Shown: piece after piece, positions 30,110 through 39,766 of the stretch
How the letters are laid out: the number at the start of each line of letters is the position of its first letter
Position numbering within the stretch: position 1 is the first letter of the stretch
Assembly: GCA_965207575.1 (NCBI GenBank)
Contig: OZ242288.1
Coordinates: 254,639-318,638, forward strand
Source: an uncultured Candidatus Binatia bacterium
GTDB lineage: Bacteria > Desulfobacterota > Binatia > Bin18
Direction: 5' to 3'
DNA: 64,000 nucleotides
Notes under the pieces: model-generated
Told to the model about the DNA's origin: nothing
Database searches by the model: none
The model's input: the letters and a program-made list of their open reading frames with translations, nothing else
Translations under genes and position numbers: made by a program

Positions 30110-30892
30110 ATGGAGACACGCTACGGAGATGTTGAAGTCAGCCTGACCGATTATGTAGCAACCGCCGAGATTCAACGACCGCCAAACAATTTCTTTGATA
30201 CGGCCCTCATTCAGTCCCTGGCCGATGTGTTTGAAGACCTGGATAAAGAAGCGGATTGTCGAGTTATCGTCCTCGCGGCGGACGGCAAGCATTTTTGTGC
30301 CGGGGCAAATTTTCATAGCGGCCAGGCAGAGCGTGACCTGCGCGATGTCGAAACCGGTAATCCGCTCTACGCCCAAGCCGTACGGCTATTTTCCTGTAAA
30401 AAGCCGGTTGTTGGCGCGATCCAGGGCGCGGCTATTGGGGGCGGCTTTGGACTCGCATTGGTACCCGATTTTCGTGTGCTCTGCCCGGAAACGCGCTTTG
30501 CGGCAAACTTTGTCAAACTCGGCTTTCATCCGGGCTTCGGCCTGACCTATACCCTCCCCCGTCTGATCGGTGAGCCACGCGCGAACCTGATCTTTCAAAC
30601 CGGCAGGAGGATAGGCGGCGAGGAGGCCTATAGCTGGGGCTTGGGCGAGGTTCTGACCACAAAGGAGAACGTCCGCTCGGCGGCACTGGAACTCGCCAAG
30701 GAAATCGCCGAGAGCGCACCCCTGGCCGTACAGTCCGTGCGGGCAACCATGCGAGACGGCATCGCAGCCGCGGTCAAAGCGGCGACGGATCACGAGTTTC
30801 GAGAGCAGCACCGCCTCCAGCAAACGGAAGACCACAAAGAGGGCATTAAAGCCGTGGCTGAACGACGGCCCGGCAATTTTGTGGGGCGGTAG
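30110..30892 (+). CDS. Enoyl-CoA hydratase/isomerase family protein
   Basis: FCAGA, G.AIGGG.GLAL and EDHKEG motifs. Confidence 0.9.
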   Translation: METRYGDVEVSLTDYVATAEIQRPPNNFFDTALIQSLADVFEDLDKEADCRVIVLAADGKHFCAGANFHSGQAERDLRDVETGNPLYAQAVRLFSCKKPVVGAIQGAAIGGGFGLALVPDFRVLCPETRFAANFVKLGFHPGFGLTYTLPRLIGEPRANLIFQTGRRIGGEEAYSWGLGEVLTTKENVRSAALELAKEIAESAPLAVQSVRATMRDGIAAAVKAATDHEFREQHRLQQTEDHKEGIKAVAERRPGNFVGR

Positions 30893-31032
30893 CCTCAGAT
30901 CGGAGCAGAATGGGCGTAGGCCCGGAAGGCGGCCACCTTCAAGCTACGATGCGGAGCGCGCCTTCGGGATAGGTCACAGGGAGCGACGTCTAAGCGGCCG
31001 GTCTGCACAGGGCGGGTCGTAACCCGCTCTCG

Positions 31033-34000
31033 TCACCACGTATCAATACACGGCCGTTTTTTCTCTGTCCGCGGGGCAGGTGGGGGTGAGGAGCGCAGGG
31101 CAGCCATAATCCAGCGCCGGGACTCGGCAGGATCAATCACGTCATCAATCTCAAAATAGGTTGCGGTGCTGAGCGCTTTGCCGCTTTCATACATCTTGGC
31201 AACAAGCTGTTCGTAGAGTTCCTTGCGCTTGTACGGGTCCGTCTCAGCCTCCAACTCTTTGCGGTAGCCCAGCTTGACCGCGCCCTCCAGCCCCATACCG
31301 CCAAACTCGCCCGTTGGCCAGGACACCGCAAAAGCCGGGGCTTTAAAGCTCCCCCCGGCCATCCCCTGCGCGCCGAGTCCGTACGATTTTCGCAACACGA
31401 TGGTGAAGAACGGCACGGTCAGGCTCGCACCGGTCACGAACATGCGACAGCAGTGACGTACCAGAGCGGCCTTTTCGTACTCGGGGCCAACCATATTGCC
31501 CGGTGTGTCACACAGCATGAGAATGGGAATGTCAAACGCATCACACAACTGCATAAACCGCGTCGCTTTGTCCGCCGCGTCAGAATCAATGGCTCCACCC
31601 AGATGTTTGGGGTTGTTGGCAATCACACCAACCGGGCGTCCCTCAATCCGCACAAAGGACGTGACCATGCCGATACCAAAATGCTTACGGATTTCCAGCA
31701 CAGAACCGGTGTCGGCCAGGGTCTCGATCACATCACGGATTTCATAGACACGCAGACGGTTCTCCGGCACGATATAACGCAGCAAGCGTTGGTCGGCACA
31801 GTCCCACTCGGCGATGGGTCCTTGAAAATAGGAGAGATATCGCTTCGCCACCTGGACCGCTTCGGCTTCATCTTTGACCGGAATATCCACCACGCCGTTC
31901 GGCACCTGCTCTTCCATCGGCCCTACTTCTTCCGGCCGGAAGACACCCAGTCCACCCCCCTCAATCATGGCCGGGCCACCCATGCCGATATTCGATCCTG
32001 CGGTCGCAATAATCACATCGCAGCAGCCCAGAATCACCGCGTTACCGGCAAAACACCGGCCTGAGGTAATGCCGACCAGGGGTACCATGCCGCTGAGCTT
32101 GCCCCACAGGTAAAAGGCCGGGACATCCAACCCGGATGGACTCGACCAGTCGGTGTCGCCCGGACGACCACCGCCACCTTCGGCAAAGAAGACAACCGGC
32201 AGCTTCCAGCGCTCGGCCAACTCAAACATACGATCTTTTTTGTAGTGATTCTTAAAGCCCTGCGTCCCGGCCAGCACAGTATAATCGTAGGAGATGACAA
32301 TGCACTGCGCTGCCTTTTCGTCAAACAGATCGCCGTTGACCCTGCCGACCCCGGCGATCATGCCGTCCGCCGGAGTACGGCGCACTAAATCGTCCAACGA
32401 ACGCCGCTGCCGTTGGGCCGCAATAACCATGGGCCCGTACTCGACATAGGTATCGGGGTCACAGATATCGTAGATGTTCTCACGTGCCGTGCGTTGGCCG
32501 GTCTTCCGCCGCCGCGCAACCGCCTCGGGCCGAGCGGCGTCCATGCCCAGTTCATGCCGCTCAACGATCTCGGCCAGGTCCGGACGGATATAGTCGAGGT
32601 CAAGATCGGTCGCCTGTTCGACCGCCGTCACCTCCACCTCGGTCTCCTCGATAAAGGCAAGCGGATGACCTTCAAAAACGGCGTCTCCCTGACCGACGGT
32701 CAGTTGGCGGATAATGCCGCTCGTTTCCGCCGAGACCACGTGCTCCATCTTCATGGATTCCATGATGAGGAGTTGCTGGCCGACGTGCACCTCGTCTCCT
32801 TCATTGACGTCCAGACTGACAATAGTGCCCTGGAGGGGAGCCGGGACGGCGACGGTCCCGTCAGGACCGCTCACCTCGGGTGTCTGTCCGACCGGAGCCG
32901 TGGTCATAGCAGTTGTCGAGCCCGCGGACTTGCCGTGCTCAAGCACGGCCAAAGGATCAACGCTATCCACCTTCACACCAGCCAACGTTGGAGTTTCTGA
33001 CTGAGCCCGGTCGGCATGGAAAAAGAAACGCTGATGATGATCCACCTGAACCAACTCCGCACTGTGGTCTTCGACAAAGCGGGTATAGATCTGATTCTTC
33101 ACAACTGCCGGATGCCGTAAGAGGCTCTGTAAGAACGGGATGTTCGTGGCCACGCCTTCGATCTTGAATTCACATAGCGCCCGGTAGGTCCTGGTCACGA
33201 CATCGGAAAAATCTGACGAGGGAGAAGAACCGATCAATTTGGCCAACAGGGAATCGAAGCTCGGACTGGTGGTATAGCCAACATAGCCGAACGTGTCGGT
33301 TCGCAGACCGGGACCCGATGGCACTTCAAACGCGGCTAAGGTTCCACCCGACGGGCGTGGCGCACCGTCCGACGCTATGGTTTCCATATTGATACGAACC
33401 TGCATGGCAAAGCCGCGTGGCTCGGAAATACATTCCTGAGTGAGTCCCAAGTCGGCAAGTGAACTGCCGGCGGCCAAACGGAGTTGTGTCTTCACAAGGT
33501 CCACACCTGTCACTTCTTCGGTGACGGTATGCTCGACTTGCAGCCGTGCATTGGCTTCAATAAAGGCAAATGTCGCGTTGTCACTGCCATGTTCAGCATC
33601 AACCAGGAATTCGAACGTACCCAGGCTGGCGTACTGCACCTCCTGGGCGAGTCGAACCGCAGCGCAACTCAAGCGCTCTCTGAGCGCAGACGACAGCCCG
33701 GGCGACGGAGCGATTTCCACCAGCTTCTGGTTGCGGCGCTGGATGCTGCACTCACGCTCGCCAAGATGGCTGACCGCACCGGACCCATCACCAAGGACCT
33801 GGACCTCAATATGCCGTGCACGGGGAATGAGTTGTTCGACATACACATCGCCACTGCCAAAGGCCGCGGTTGCTTCGGACTGACACCGCGCGTAGGCCGC
33901 CTCAAGATCATCGACCGCCTGCACCGCCCGCATACCGCGACCACCGCCACCCGCCAGGGCTTTAATCATCACGGCTCCGCCGGCACCCAGAGATGCCAGG

Positions 34001-34437
34001 AACTCTTTTGCCTCGTCTGCACTCGTCGGACCGGACGTCCCCGGCAGAACCGGCACCTCGCATTTTTCAGCCAACGTTCTCGCCTGTCCTTTATCGCCAA
34101 ACAGCGCCAGCGTTTCGACCTGGGGCCCAATAAAAGTCCGCCCAGCCTCGGCACAGCACCTGGCGAACTCCGCGTTCTCGCTCAGAAACCCATAGCCGGG
34201 ATGAATCGCATCGCAGCCCGCCTGTGCGGCCAGCGCAATGATCTGCTCGATATCGAGATAGGCCGCGGCACCCCGGCCTTGGAGCGGTAGCGCTTCGTCC
34301 GTCTTTTGGGTATGGAGCGACTGCGCATCATCTTCAGAGAAAATAGCAACGGTCCGTATGCCGAGTTCGGCAGCCGCGCGGGCGATACGGATGGCAATTT
34401 CCCCTCGATTGGCGATCAAAAGACTCGTCAGGCCCAT
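31033..34437 (-). CDS. Single-chain acyl-CoA carboxylase (BC-BCCP-CT fusion)
   Basis: ANRGEIA, HPGYGFLSE, RLQVEH, biotin site ESMKME, then carboxyltransferase motifs (LAGTQG, DTPG). Confidence 0.92.
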   Translation of the reverse strand: MGLTSLLIANRGEIAIRIARAAAELGIRTVAIFSEDDAQSLHTQKTDEALPLQGRGAAAYLDIEQIIALAAQAGCDAIHPGYGFLSENAEFARCCAEAGRTFIGPQVETLALFGDKGQARTLAEKCEVPVLPGTSGPTSADEAKEFLASLGAGGAVMIKALAGGGGRGMRAVQAVDDLEAAYARCQSEATAAFGSGDVYVEQLIPRARHIEVQVLGDGSGAVSHLGERECSIQRRNQKLVEIAPSPGLSSALRERLSCAAVRLAQEVQYASLGTFEFLVDAEHGSDNATFAFIEANARLQVEHTVTEEVTGVDLVKTQLRLAAGSSLADLGLTQECISEPRGFAMQVRINMETIASDGAPRPSGGTLAAFEVPSGPGLRTDTFGYVGYTTSPSFDSLLAKLIGSSPSSDFSDVVTRTYRALCEFKIEGVATNIPFLQSLLRHPAVVKNQIYTRFVEDHSAELVQVDHHQRFFFHADRAQSETPTLAGVKVDSVDPLAVLEHGKSAGSTTAMTTAPVGQTPEVSGPDGTVAVPAPLQGTIVSLDVNEGDEVHVGQQLLIMESMKMEHVVSAETSGIIRQLTVGQGDAVFEGHPLAFIEETEVEVTAVEQATDLDLDYIRPDLAEIVERHELGMDAARPEAVARRRKTGQRTARENIYDICDPDTYVEYGPMVIAAQRQRRSLDDLVRRTPADGMIAGVGRVNGDLFDEKAAQCIVISYDYTVLAGTQGFKNHYKKDRMFELAERWKLPVVFFAEGGGGRPGDTDWSSPSGLDVPAFYLWGKLSGMVPLVGITSGRCFAGNAVILGCCDVIIATAGSNIGMGGPAMIEGGGLGVFRPEEVGPMEEQVPNGVVDIPVKDEAEAVQVAKRYLSYFQGPIAEWDCADQRLLRYIVPENRLRVYEIRDVIETLADTGSVLEIRKHFGIGMVTSFVRIEGRPVGVIANNPKHLGGAIDSDAADKATRFMQLCDAFDIPILMLCDTPGNMVGPEYEKAALVRHCCRMFVTGASLTVPFFTIVLRKSYGLGAQGMAGGSFKAPAFAVSWPTGEFGGMGLEGAVKLGYRKELEAETDPYKRKELYEQLVAKMYESGKALSTATYFEIDDVIDPAESRRWIMAALRSSPPPAPRTEKKRPCIDTW

Positions 34438-34470
34438 GCACTTTACCTTCTGATTGGACGGGTTGTGTTG

Positions 34471-34528
34471 AAAAGAGTGAACGTGTCCTCCAATCATACC
34501 GTACAAAGCTGGACACGTTTACTCTTTT
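34471..34528. repeat. Palindromic element copy 5 (reverse orientation)
   Basis: aaaagagtgaacgtgtcc-tcca...gct-ggacacgtttactctttt. Confidence 0.92.
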
Positions 34529-34662
34529 ACGGGCTGGAGGGGCGCTTTACTGCTTCACATCCCAGCCCTGGGAAAGAGGCTCGCCGTCCGGGCGAGCACA
34601 TGCGCTATCGAAAGAGACGGCCCAGGAGAGGGTCTCTCCCCTGTCTCCGTTCTTTGACATCC

Positions 34663-35631
34663 CTACTCCTTGGCTTTTTTTACCGCCTCGGTCAACTCGG
34701 GCACGGCCTTGAACAGGTCTGCGACCAAGCCGTAGTCCGCCACGTTGAAAATCGGTGCGTCAGGATCTTTATTCACTGCCACAATGACTTTCGAGTCCTT
34801 CATGCCGGCGAGATGCTGGATCGCACCGGAAATCCCTACCGCAATATACAACTCCGGCGCCACGACTTTTCCGGTCTGCCCCACTTGCAGATCGTTGGGG
34901 ACAAAGCCAGCATCAACCGCCGCCCGACTGGCACCCATGGCCGCATTCAGCTCGTTCACCAAAGGCTCCAGATAGGTTGTGAAATTCTCGCCCGACTTCA
35001 ACCCGCGCCCGCCAGACACCACAATGCTGGCCTCCGTCAGGTTGGGCCGGTCGGACTTGGTTTCATTAAACTCAACAAACTGCATTTTGGTCGCGTCTGC
35101 GTCGAGGCTGATGCTGACCTGTTCCACCGCAGACGGTTCTCCCGGCTGAGCGGCGTCAAATGCAGTACTGCGGACAGACACGACCTTGATCGTGTCCGCA
35201 AGCGTCACGGTTGCCATGGTGTTGCCGGCATACATGGGCCGCTGCACTGTGCCATCGTCATTGAAGCTGACCACATCGCTGGCCATGCCTACGCCCAGTC
35301 GGGCCGCTAGCCGCGGCAACAGGTCCTTGCCCACCGCCGTGGCCGTCGCCACCACCAACGTGACATCGTTTGCCTGCACGAGCTGTTCGAGCGTGGCAGC
35401 ATAAGCGTCCGCGAGATAGTTTTCGAGCGCCGTATCATCGACAGCGAAGACCTTTGCCGCCCCATATCCTGCCGCTTCCTGGGCGGCGGCAGCGGTGTCC
35501 GAGCCCAAGACGGCCACGAGCACGTCGCCACCGAGTTTACTCGCCGCGTTTTTACCGGCTTGAATGGCAATCAGCGAACTCTTGGGGACACGCCCTTTTT
35601 GAGTTTCCGCAAAAACAAGTATATTTCCCAT
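34663..35631 (-). CDS. etfA: Electron transfer flavoprotein alpha subunit
   Basis: [21 protein letters not shown] and GISGAIQH motifs. Confidence 0.96.
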   Translation of the reverse strand: MGNILVFAETQKGRVPKSSLIAIQAGKNAASKLGGDVLVAVLGSDTAAAAQEAAGYGAAKVFAVDDTALENYLADAYAATLEQLVQANDVTLVVATATAVGKDLLPRLAARLGVGMASDVVSFNDDGTVQRPMYAGNTMATVTLADTIKVVSVRSTAFDAAQPGEPSAVEQVSISLDADATKMQFVEFNETKSDRPNLTEASIVVSGGRGLKSGENFTTYLEPLVNELNAAMGASRAAVDAGFVPNDLQVGQTGKVVAPELYIAVGISGAIQHLAGMKDSKVIVAVNKDPDAPIFNVADYGLVADLFKAVPELTEAVKKAKE

Positions 35632-35670
35632 TATTCTCGTCTCCAGATGTCATCGCATAGCGCAGCAGCG

Positions 35671-36426
35671 TTAGATCACTTTCGCCTCGTCGTGCAGCAG
35701 ATCGATCAACTCTTCCACGGTCTCGACTTTTTTGCCGGCCTCTTTCTGGGTTGGCGGTTCAAGGCTATTGATCGTCAAGCGGGGGCTCATATCAGCGCCG
35801 AGGTCTGCCGCGGCGACTTCTTTGATCTCTTTTTTACGCGCCTTCATAATGCCGGGCAGGGAGGCGTAGCGGGGTTCGTTGAGCCGTAAATCAGAGGTAA
35901 TAATACCGGGCAGGGCAAAGCCGATTGTTTCCAGTCCACCGTCCACTTCGCGCGTGACCTTGACGGATTGCTGGTCATCGGACAGCACGACTTCAGAGGC
36001 AAAGGTCGCTTGGGGCCAACCCAACAGCGCCGCCAGCATCTGGCCGGCCTGATTGGCGTCGTCGTCAATCGCCTGCTTGCCCATGAGAACGAGTTGAGGA
36101 TTTTCTTCTTCAACAATTTTGGCCAGAACCCGGGCGACAGCCAAGGAGTCCAAGTCTTGGTCGCAGCCAACCAAGATGGCCCGATCAGCACCCATCGCCA
36201 GACCGGTCCTGAGCTGCTCGGTCACCACGCTGTCGCCAATACTGACTAACACCACCTCGCCGGAGCCCAGTTTTTCCTTGATACGGAGGGCTTCCTCAAG
36301 AGCGATCTCATCAAACGGGTTAATGACATATTTGATATTATCCGTCTCGATACCAGATCCATCAGATTTCACACGGATCGTTGTCTCCGGGTCAGGGACC
36401 CGTTTGACCGTCACAAGTACTTTCAC
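35671..36426 (-). CDS. etfB: Electron transfer flavoprotein beta subunit
   Basis: KRVPD, NPFDE, GKQAIDDD and NEPRYASL motifs; GTG start with an AGGAGG RBS. Confidence 0.96.
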   Translation of the reverse strand: MKVLVTVKRVPDPETTIRVKSDGSGIETDNIKYVINPFDEIALEEALRIKEKLGSGEVVLVSIGDSVVTEQLRTGLAMGADRAILVGCDQDLDSLAVARVLAKIVEEENPQLVLMGKQAIDDDANQAGQMLAALLGWPQATFASEVVLSDDQQSVKVTREVDGGLETIGFALPGIITSDLRLNEPRYASLPGIMKARKKEIKEVAAADLGADMSPRLTINSLEPPTQKEAGKKVETVEELIDLLHDEAKVI

Positions 36427-36566
36427 CAGTGTTTTCCTCCTGTCATGAATTACGTAAATATGGCTCGCTTCAGGCGCGGCCCCTAGTTCAACGCTTCGCA
36501 CCCTGGCTGTCAAGCGTGCACGACCAGACCGTCAGGAGGAGCTATGCACCCTCCGACCCGTCCAAC

Positions 36567-37343
36567 TCAAGAGAGCGGATGACCAAGACGACTGGAGAGC
36601 TCTTTGCCCGCCTGGATGGTCAGAGGGGCTAACTCTTGCTCAAGCCGTTCGAGTCCAATCCGATAGGCAGGGCCGCTGACCGCCAAGCTCCCAACGACTG
36701 TACGGGTGTAATCCCGGATCGGCACGGCCACCGTCCGCACATCGGTCAGGTGTTCACCGTTCTCAAGCGCATAGCCTTTCCGGGACACCTCTTTGAGTTG
36801 GGCTTCTAACAACGTCCGGTCGGTAATGGTTTGCTCGGTATGCGTCTGGAGCGAATCGAGCAGGGAACGTTGGACCTCTTCTCTGGTCTCAAAGGCTAAA
36901 TGGACTTTCCCCGCGGCCGTGCAGTGCAGCGGCAGGCTTTCCCCAATATGCGAGACGATGCGAACGGCCTGGTCGGGTTCAACCATGTCAACCGGCACAA
37001 CTTTTCCCTGCCGCATCACAGTCACATAGGCCGTCTCACGACAGGCCTGGACGACCTCACCCAGGACCGGCTTGGCTTGTTGCAACAGCCCCATGTGTTG
37101 GATATAGGTCTGCCCGAGTTGCAGACATTTTGTGCCCAGACGATAGTTCTCAGTCGAACGGTTTTGTTCGATATAGCCGCGTGATTCCAATGTTGCTAGG
37201 ATTCGGAAGACGTTATTTTTGTGAAGGGTGAGTCGTTTACTCAGTTCGGTCACTCCGAGTTCCGCATCAGTATGGAATTGCTCAAGAACGTCGAGGGCAT
37301 GGGCGACCGCCTGGATAATATAATTGCTTTTTTCTCGTCGCAC
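36567..37343 (-). CDS. IclR family transcriptional regulator
   Basis: N-terminal HTH, P.HCTAAGK and AVPIRDY motifs. Confidence 0.93.
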   Translation of the reverse strand: MRREKSNYIIQAVAHALDVLEQFHTDAELGVTELSKRLTLHKNNVFRILATLESRGYIEQNRSTENYRLGTKCLQLGQTYIQHMGLLQQAKPVLGEVVQACRETAYVTVMRQGKVVPVDMVEPDQAVRIVSHIGESLPLHCTAAGKVHLAFETREEVQRSLLDSLQTHTEQTITDRTLLEAQLKEVSRKGYALENGEHLTDVRTVAVPIRDYTRTVVGSLAVSGPAYRIGLERLEQELAPLTIQAGKELSSRLGHPLS

Positions 37344-37368
37344 CGCGGTATCTCCTTAGCCAGAAACA

Positions 37369-37398
37369 AGAACAGTCTTCTAATGGAAAAACTGTTCT
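37369..37398. promoter_or_regulatory. Candidate IclR operator
   Basis: AGAACAGT-N14-ACTGTTCT inverted repeat in the AT-rich divergent spacer. Confidence 0.45.
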
Positions 37399-37458
37399 AA
37401 TTTAAACCCATTTCAATTGTCAACAGAGTTATAAAATTGTTTTGTAGGAATTTTCGAC

Positions 37459-38193
37459 GTGAGCGCAGCGTCTTCCTTCACGATTCTCAACCCGAACGGC
37501 ACCTTTCCAGTGGTGCTCACCTGTGAACACGCGTCATACGCGCTCCCGCCTGAATACGGGACGCTCGGGATTCCTCCTGACGAGTTACGGCGTCATATCG
37601 GCTGGGATATTGGTGCTGGGGCGGTTGTCCAAGAGATCATCCAACATACTGATTCCACAGCCATTTTATCTCAATACTCACGCCTCTTGATTGACTGCAA
37701 CCGTGACCTGTCAGACGATGACCTCATTATTCCCGAGAGCGACGGCACGCGCGTTCCGGCTAATATGCATCTGACCGAGGCCGAGCAACAGCAACGCATT
37801 ATGCAGTTCTACCAGCCCTATCATGCAGCTATTGACCGCGTGCTGACGCAAAAAATGCCCCCGCCTGTCTTCCTGCTCAGCGTTCACAGCTTTACCCCGG
37901 TCCTCGGTGAGAAGAAAAGGTCGTTTGATTTAGGCATCCTATTCGATCGCTACGAAGACCTTGCCCAGGAGTTCGGGCAACGGCTGAGCCATACCGGCTA
38001 CCGGGTGCGCTATAACGAGCCTTACTCCGGTTATGATGGGCTTATCTTTAGCGTCCGGAATCATGGCGAGTGTCATCATCTCGTCTATCTCGAAATCGAA
38101 ATCAATAATGGCTTATTGCTGGACAGGACGAGTGTTGCTGCAATGGGCCAAAAGCTGAGCCACGTGCTGAAGGACGTATTTCTGCCCCGCTGA
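37459..38193 (+). CDS. N-formylglutamate amidohydrolase family protein
   Basis: CEHAS, HIGWDIG, SRLLIDCNR, HSFTP and NEPY motifs. Confidence 0.9.
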   Translation: MSAASSFTILNPNGTFPVVLTCEHASYALPPEYGTLGIPPDELRRHIGWDIGAGAVVQEIIQHTDSTAILSQYSRLLIDCNRDLSDDDLIIPESDGTRVPANMHLTEAEQQQRIMQFYQPYHAAIDRVLTQKMPPPVFLLSVHSFTPVLGEKKRSFDLGILFDRYEDLAQEFGQRLSHTGYRVRYNEPYSGYDGLIFSVRNHGECHHLVYLEIEINNGLLLDRTSVAAMGQKLSHVLKDVFLPR

Positions 38194-38202
38194 AAACACC
38201 CC

Positions 38203-38256
38203 AAGGAGTAAACGAGTCCTCCAGTCAGACAAAAAAGCTGGACACGTTTACTCTTT
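38203..38256. repeat. Palindromic element copy 6 (reverse orientation)
   Basis: aaggagtaaacgagtcc-tcca...gct-ggacacgtttactcttt. Confidence 0.9.
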
Positions 38257-38294
38257 GCCAACAGACTGTTGAACGTACGGAAAGGAGAACCCAC

Positions 38295-39209
38295 ATGCGT
38301 ATCATTCTCATCGGTCAAGCCGCGTTTGCTTCAAGCTCGCTCGATAAGCTCCGGGATAAGGGCCAGGACATCCTGGCGGTGTTCTGCCCCCCGGATAGAG
38401 TCGAAGGAAAGTTTGATCCGGTCAAAAAGCGGGCAGGGGAACTCGGTATTCCCGTGTATCAACACCGCTCCATGAAGAGTCCGGAGGTCCTGGAGAAATT
38501 CCAAGAACTCGACGCTGATCTCGCCGTATTGGCCTTCGTGACCCAAATTGTCCCGCCTCCCGTGTTCAACGCACCCAAACTCGGCAGTATCTGTTTTCAC
38601 CCGTCACTCTTACCCAAGTATCGTGGTGGGAGTGCGATTAACTGGACCCTGATCAATGGTGAGAAAAAGACCGGCATTTCCTGGTTCTGGGTAGACGAGG
38701 GTATTGATACCGGTCCGATACTGGTTCAAAAAGAAGTCGAAATTGGTCCAGAAGATACAACCGGAACCCTGTACTTCAACAAACTCTTCCCGCTCGGTAT
38801 TGAGGCCGCTGGTGAGGCGATCGATCTGATTCAAGCCGGTAGTCCGCCGCGCATTGTCCAAGACGAATCCCAGGCCAATTACGATCCGTTGTGTCGGGAT
38901 GAACATTCTGGCATTGACTGGTCTCAGCCAGCCCAAGCCGTCTTTGACCATATTCGCGGGTGCGACCCGCAGCCCGGCGCATCGACACTATGGCAGGGAC
39001 AGAAAATTCGCTTGTACGACTGCCACTTGGAGCCGTCTGGCGGACCAGCAACACCGGGACAAGTGCTCGCTCTTGGGGATGGGGCGGTCAGCATTGCCCT
39101 GAACGGTGGTACCGTCGTCGCCAAAAAGCTGCGCGGTGAGCAGGGCAAAATCGCTGCTGACGAGCTCGCCGGGCATATTGGGCTTCGGGTGGGTTCCCAG
39201 CTTGGCTGA
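38295..39209 (+). CDS. Formyltransferase (Fmt-like / 10-formyl-THF hydrolase-like)
   Basis: IGQ..F, HPSLLPKYRGGSAINW, DTGP and IRGCDP.PGA motifs. Confidence 0.85.
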   Translation: MRIILIGQAAFASSSLDKLRDKGQDILAVFCPPDRVEGKFDPVKKRAGELGIPVYQHRSMKSPEVLEKFQELDADLAVLAFVTQIVPPPVFNAPKLGSICFHPSLLPKYRGGSAINWTLINGEKKTGISWFWVDEGIDTGPILVQKEVEIGPEDTTGTLYFNKLFPLGIEAAGEAIDLIQAGSPPRIVQDESQANYDPLCRDEHSGIDWSQPAQAVFDHIRGCDPQPGASTLWQGQKIRLYDCHLEPSGGPATPGQVLALGDGAVSIALNGGTVVAKKLRGEQGKIAADELAGHIGLRVGSQLG

Positions 39210-39226
39210 GAGCACGTCCACTGGGC

Positions 39227-39748
39227 TTACTCCGATTCGACGGGCTCAAGCTCGACCAGAACCTGACCAAGTTCGACGAGATCCCCGTCGGCCACATGAA
39301 TGGTAACTACACGGGCATTCCCCTCGGCGGTCAGCGCATTCTCCATTTTCATCGCTTCGAGAAGCACGAGGGTTTGGCCGTCTTCGACGACCTCGCCTTC
39401 GACGACCTTGACGGCGAGAATTTTCCCCGGCATGGGGGAGCGAATCTCAGGTTCAAAGCCCCCCCTCGTCCCCCGCTGGCGGGCTCGAGCGTCCTGAGGG
39501 GGAGTGTGATTGAATTCGTAGGTCCGCCCCTCGATGGATATCAGGCTGCGGTCACCATCCCGGACCACATGGGCATGAAGAGGATGGCCATCAACGAGGA
39601 AGGTGATTGTACCATCCCGGATAGCGGCCACACGTGCCGGTTGCTGAGTCTGTCCGTTCCAGACAAGCTCGTACAGATCGTCGCTCTCGCCGTGTTGGTT
39701 ATATTCCAGCGCCAGTTCTTCACCCGCAGCATAGAGCAAGATCTTCAT
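39227..39748 (-). CDS. Biotin carboxyl carrier subunit
   Basis: SPMPGK and EAMKME motifs. Confidence 0.9.
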   Translation of the reverse strand: MKILLYAAGEELALEYNQHGESDDLYELVWNGQTQQPARVAAIRDGTITFLVDGHPLHAHVVRDGDRSLISIEGRTYEFNHTPPQDARARQRGTRGGFEPEIRSPMPGKILAVKVVEGEVVEDGQTLVLLEAMKMENALTAEGNARVVTIHVADGDLVELGQVLVELEPVESE

Positions 39749-39766
39749 TTCGGAGTAATTCGGGTA

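Noticed and set aside
30915-31031. Small hairpins between the crotonase and carboxylase genes
   Set aside because: Weak single-copy stems that could be REP remnants or terminators but cannot be supported.
38295-39209. Calling this gene the housekeeping fmt
   Set aside because: It lacks the typical GTP.FA and QPD motifs and is not next to def; it resembles formyltransferase paralogs.
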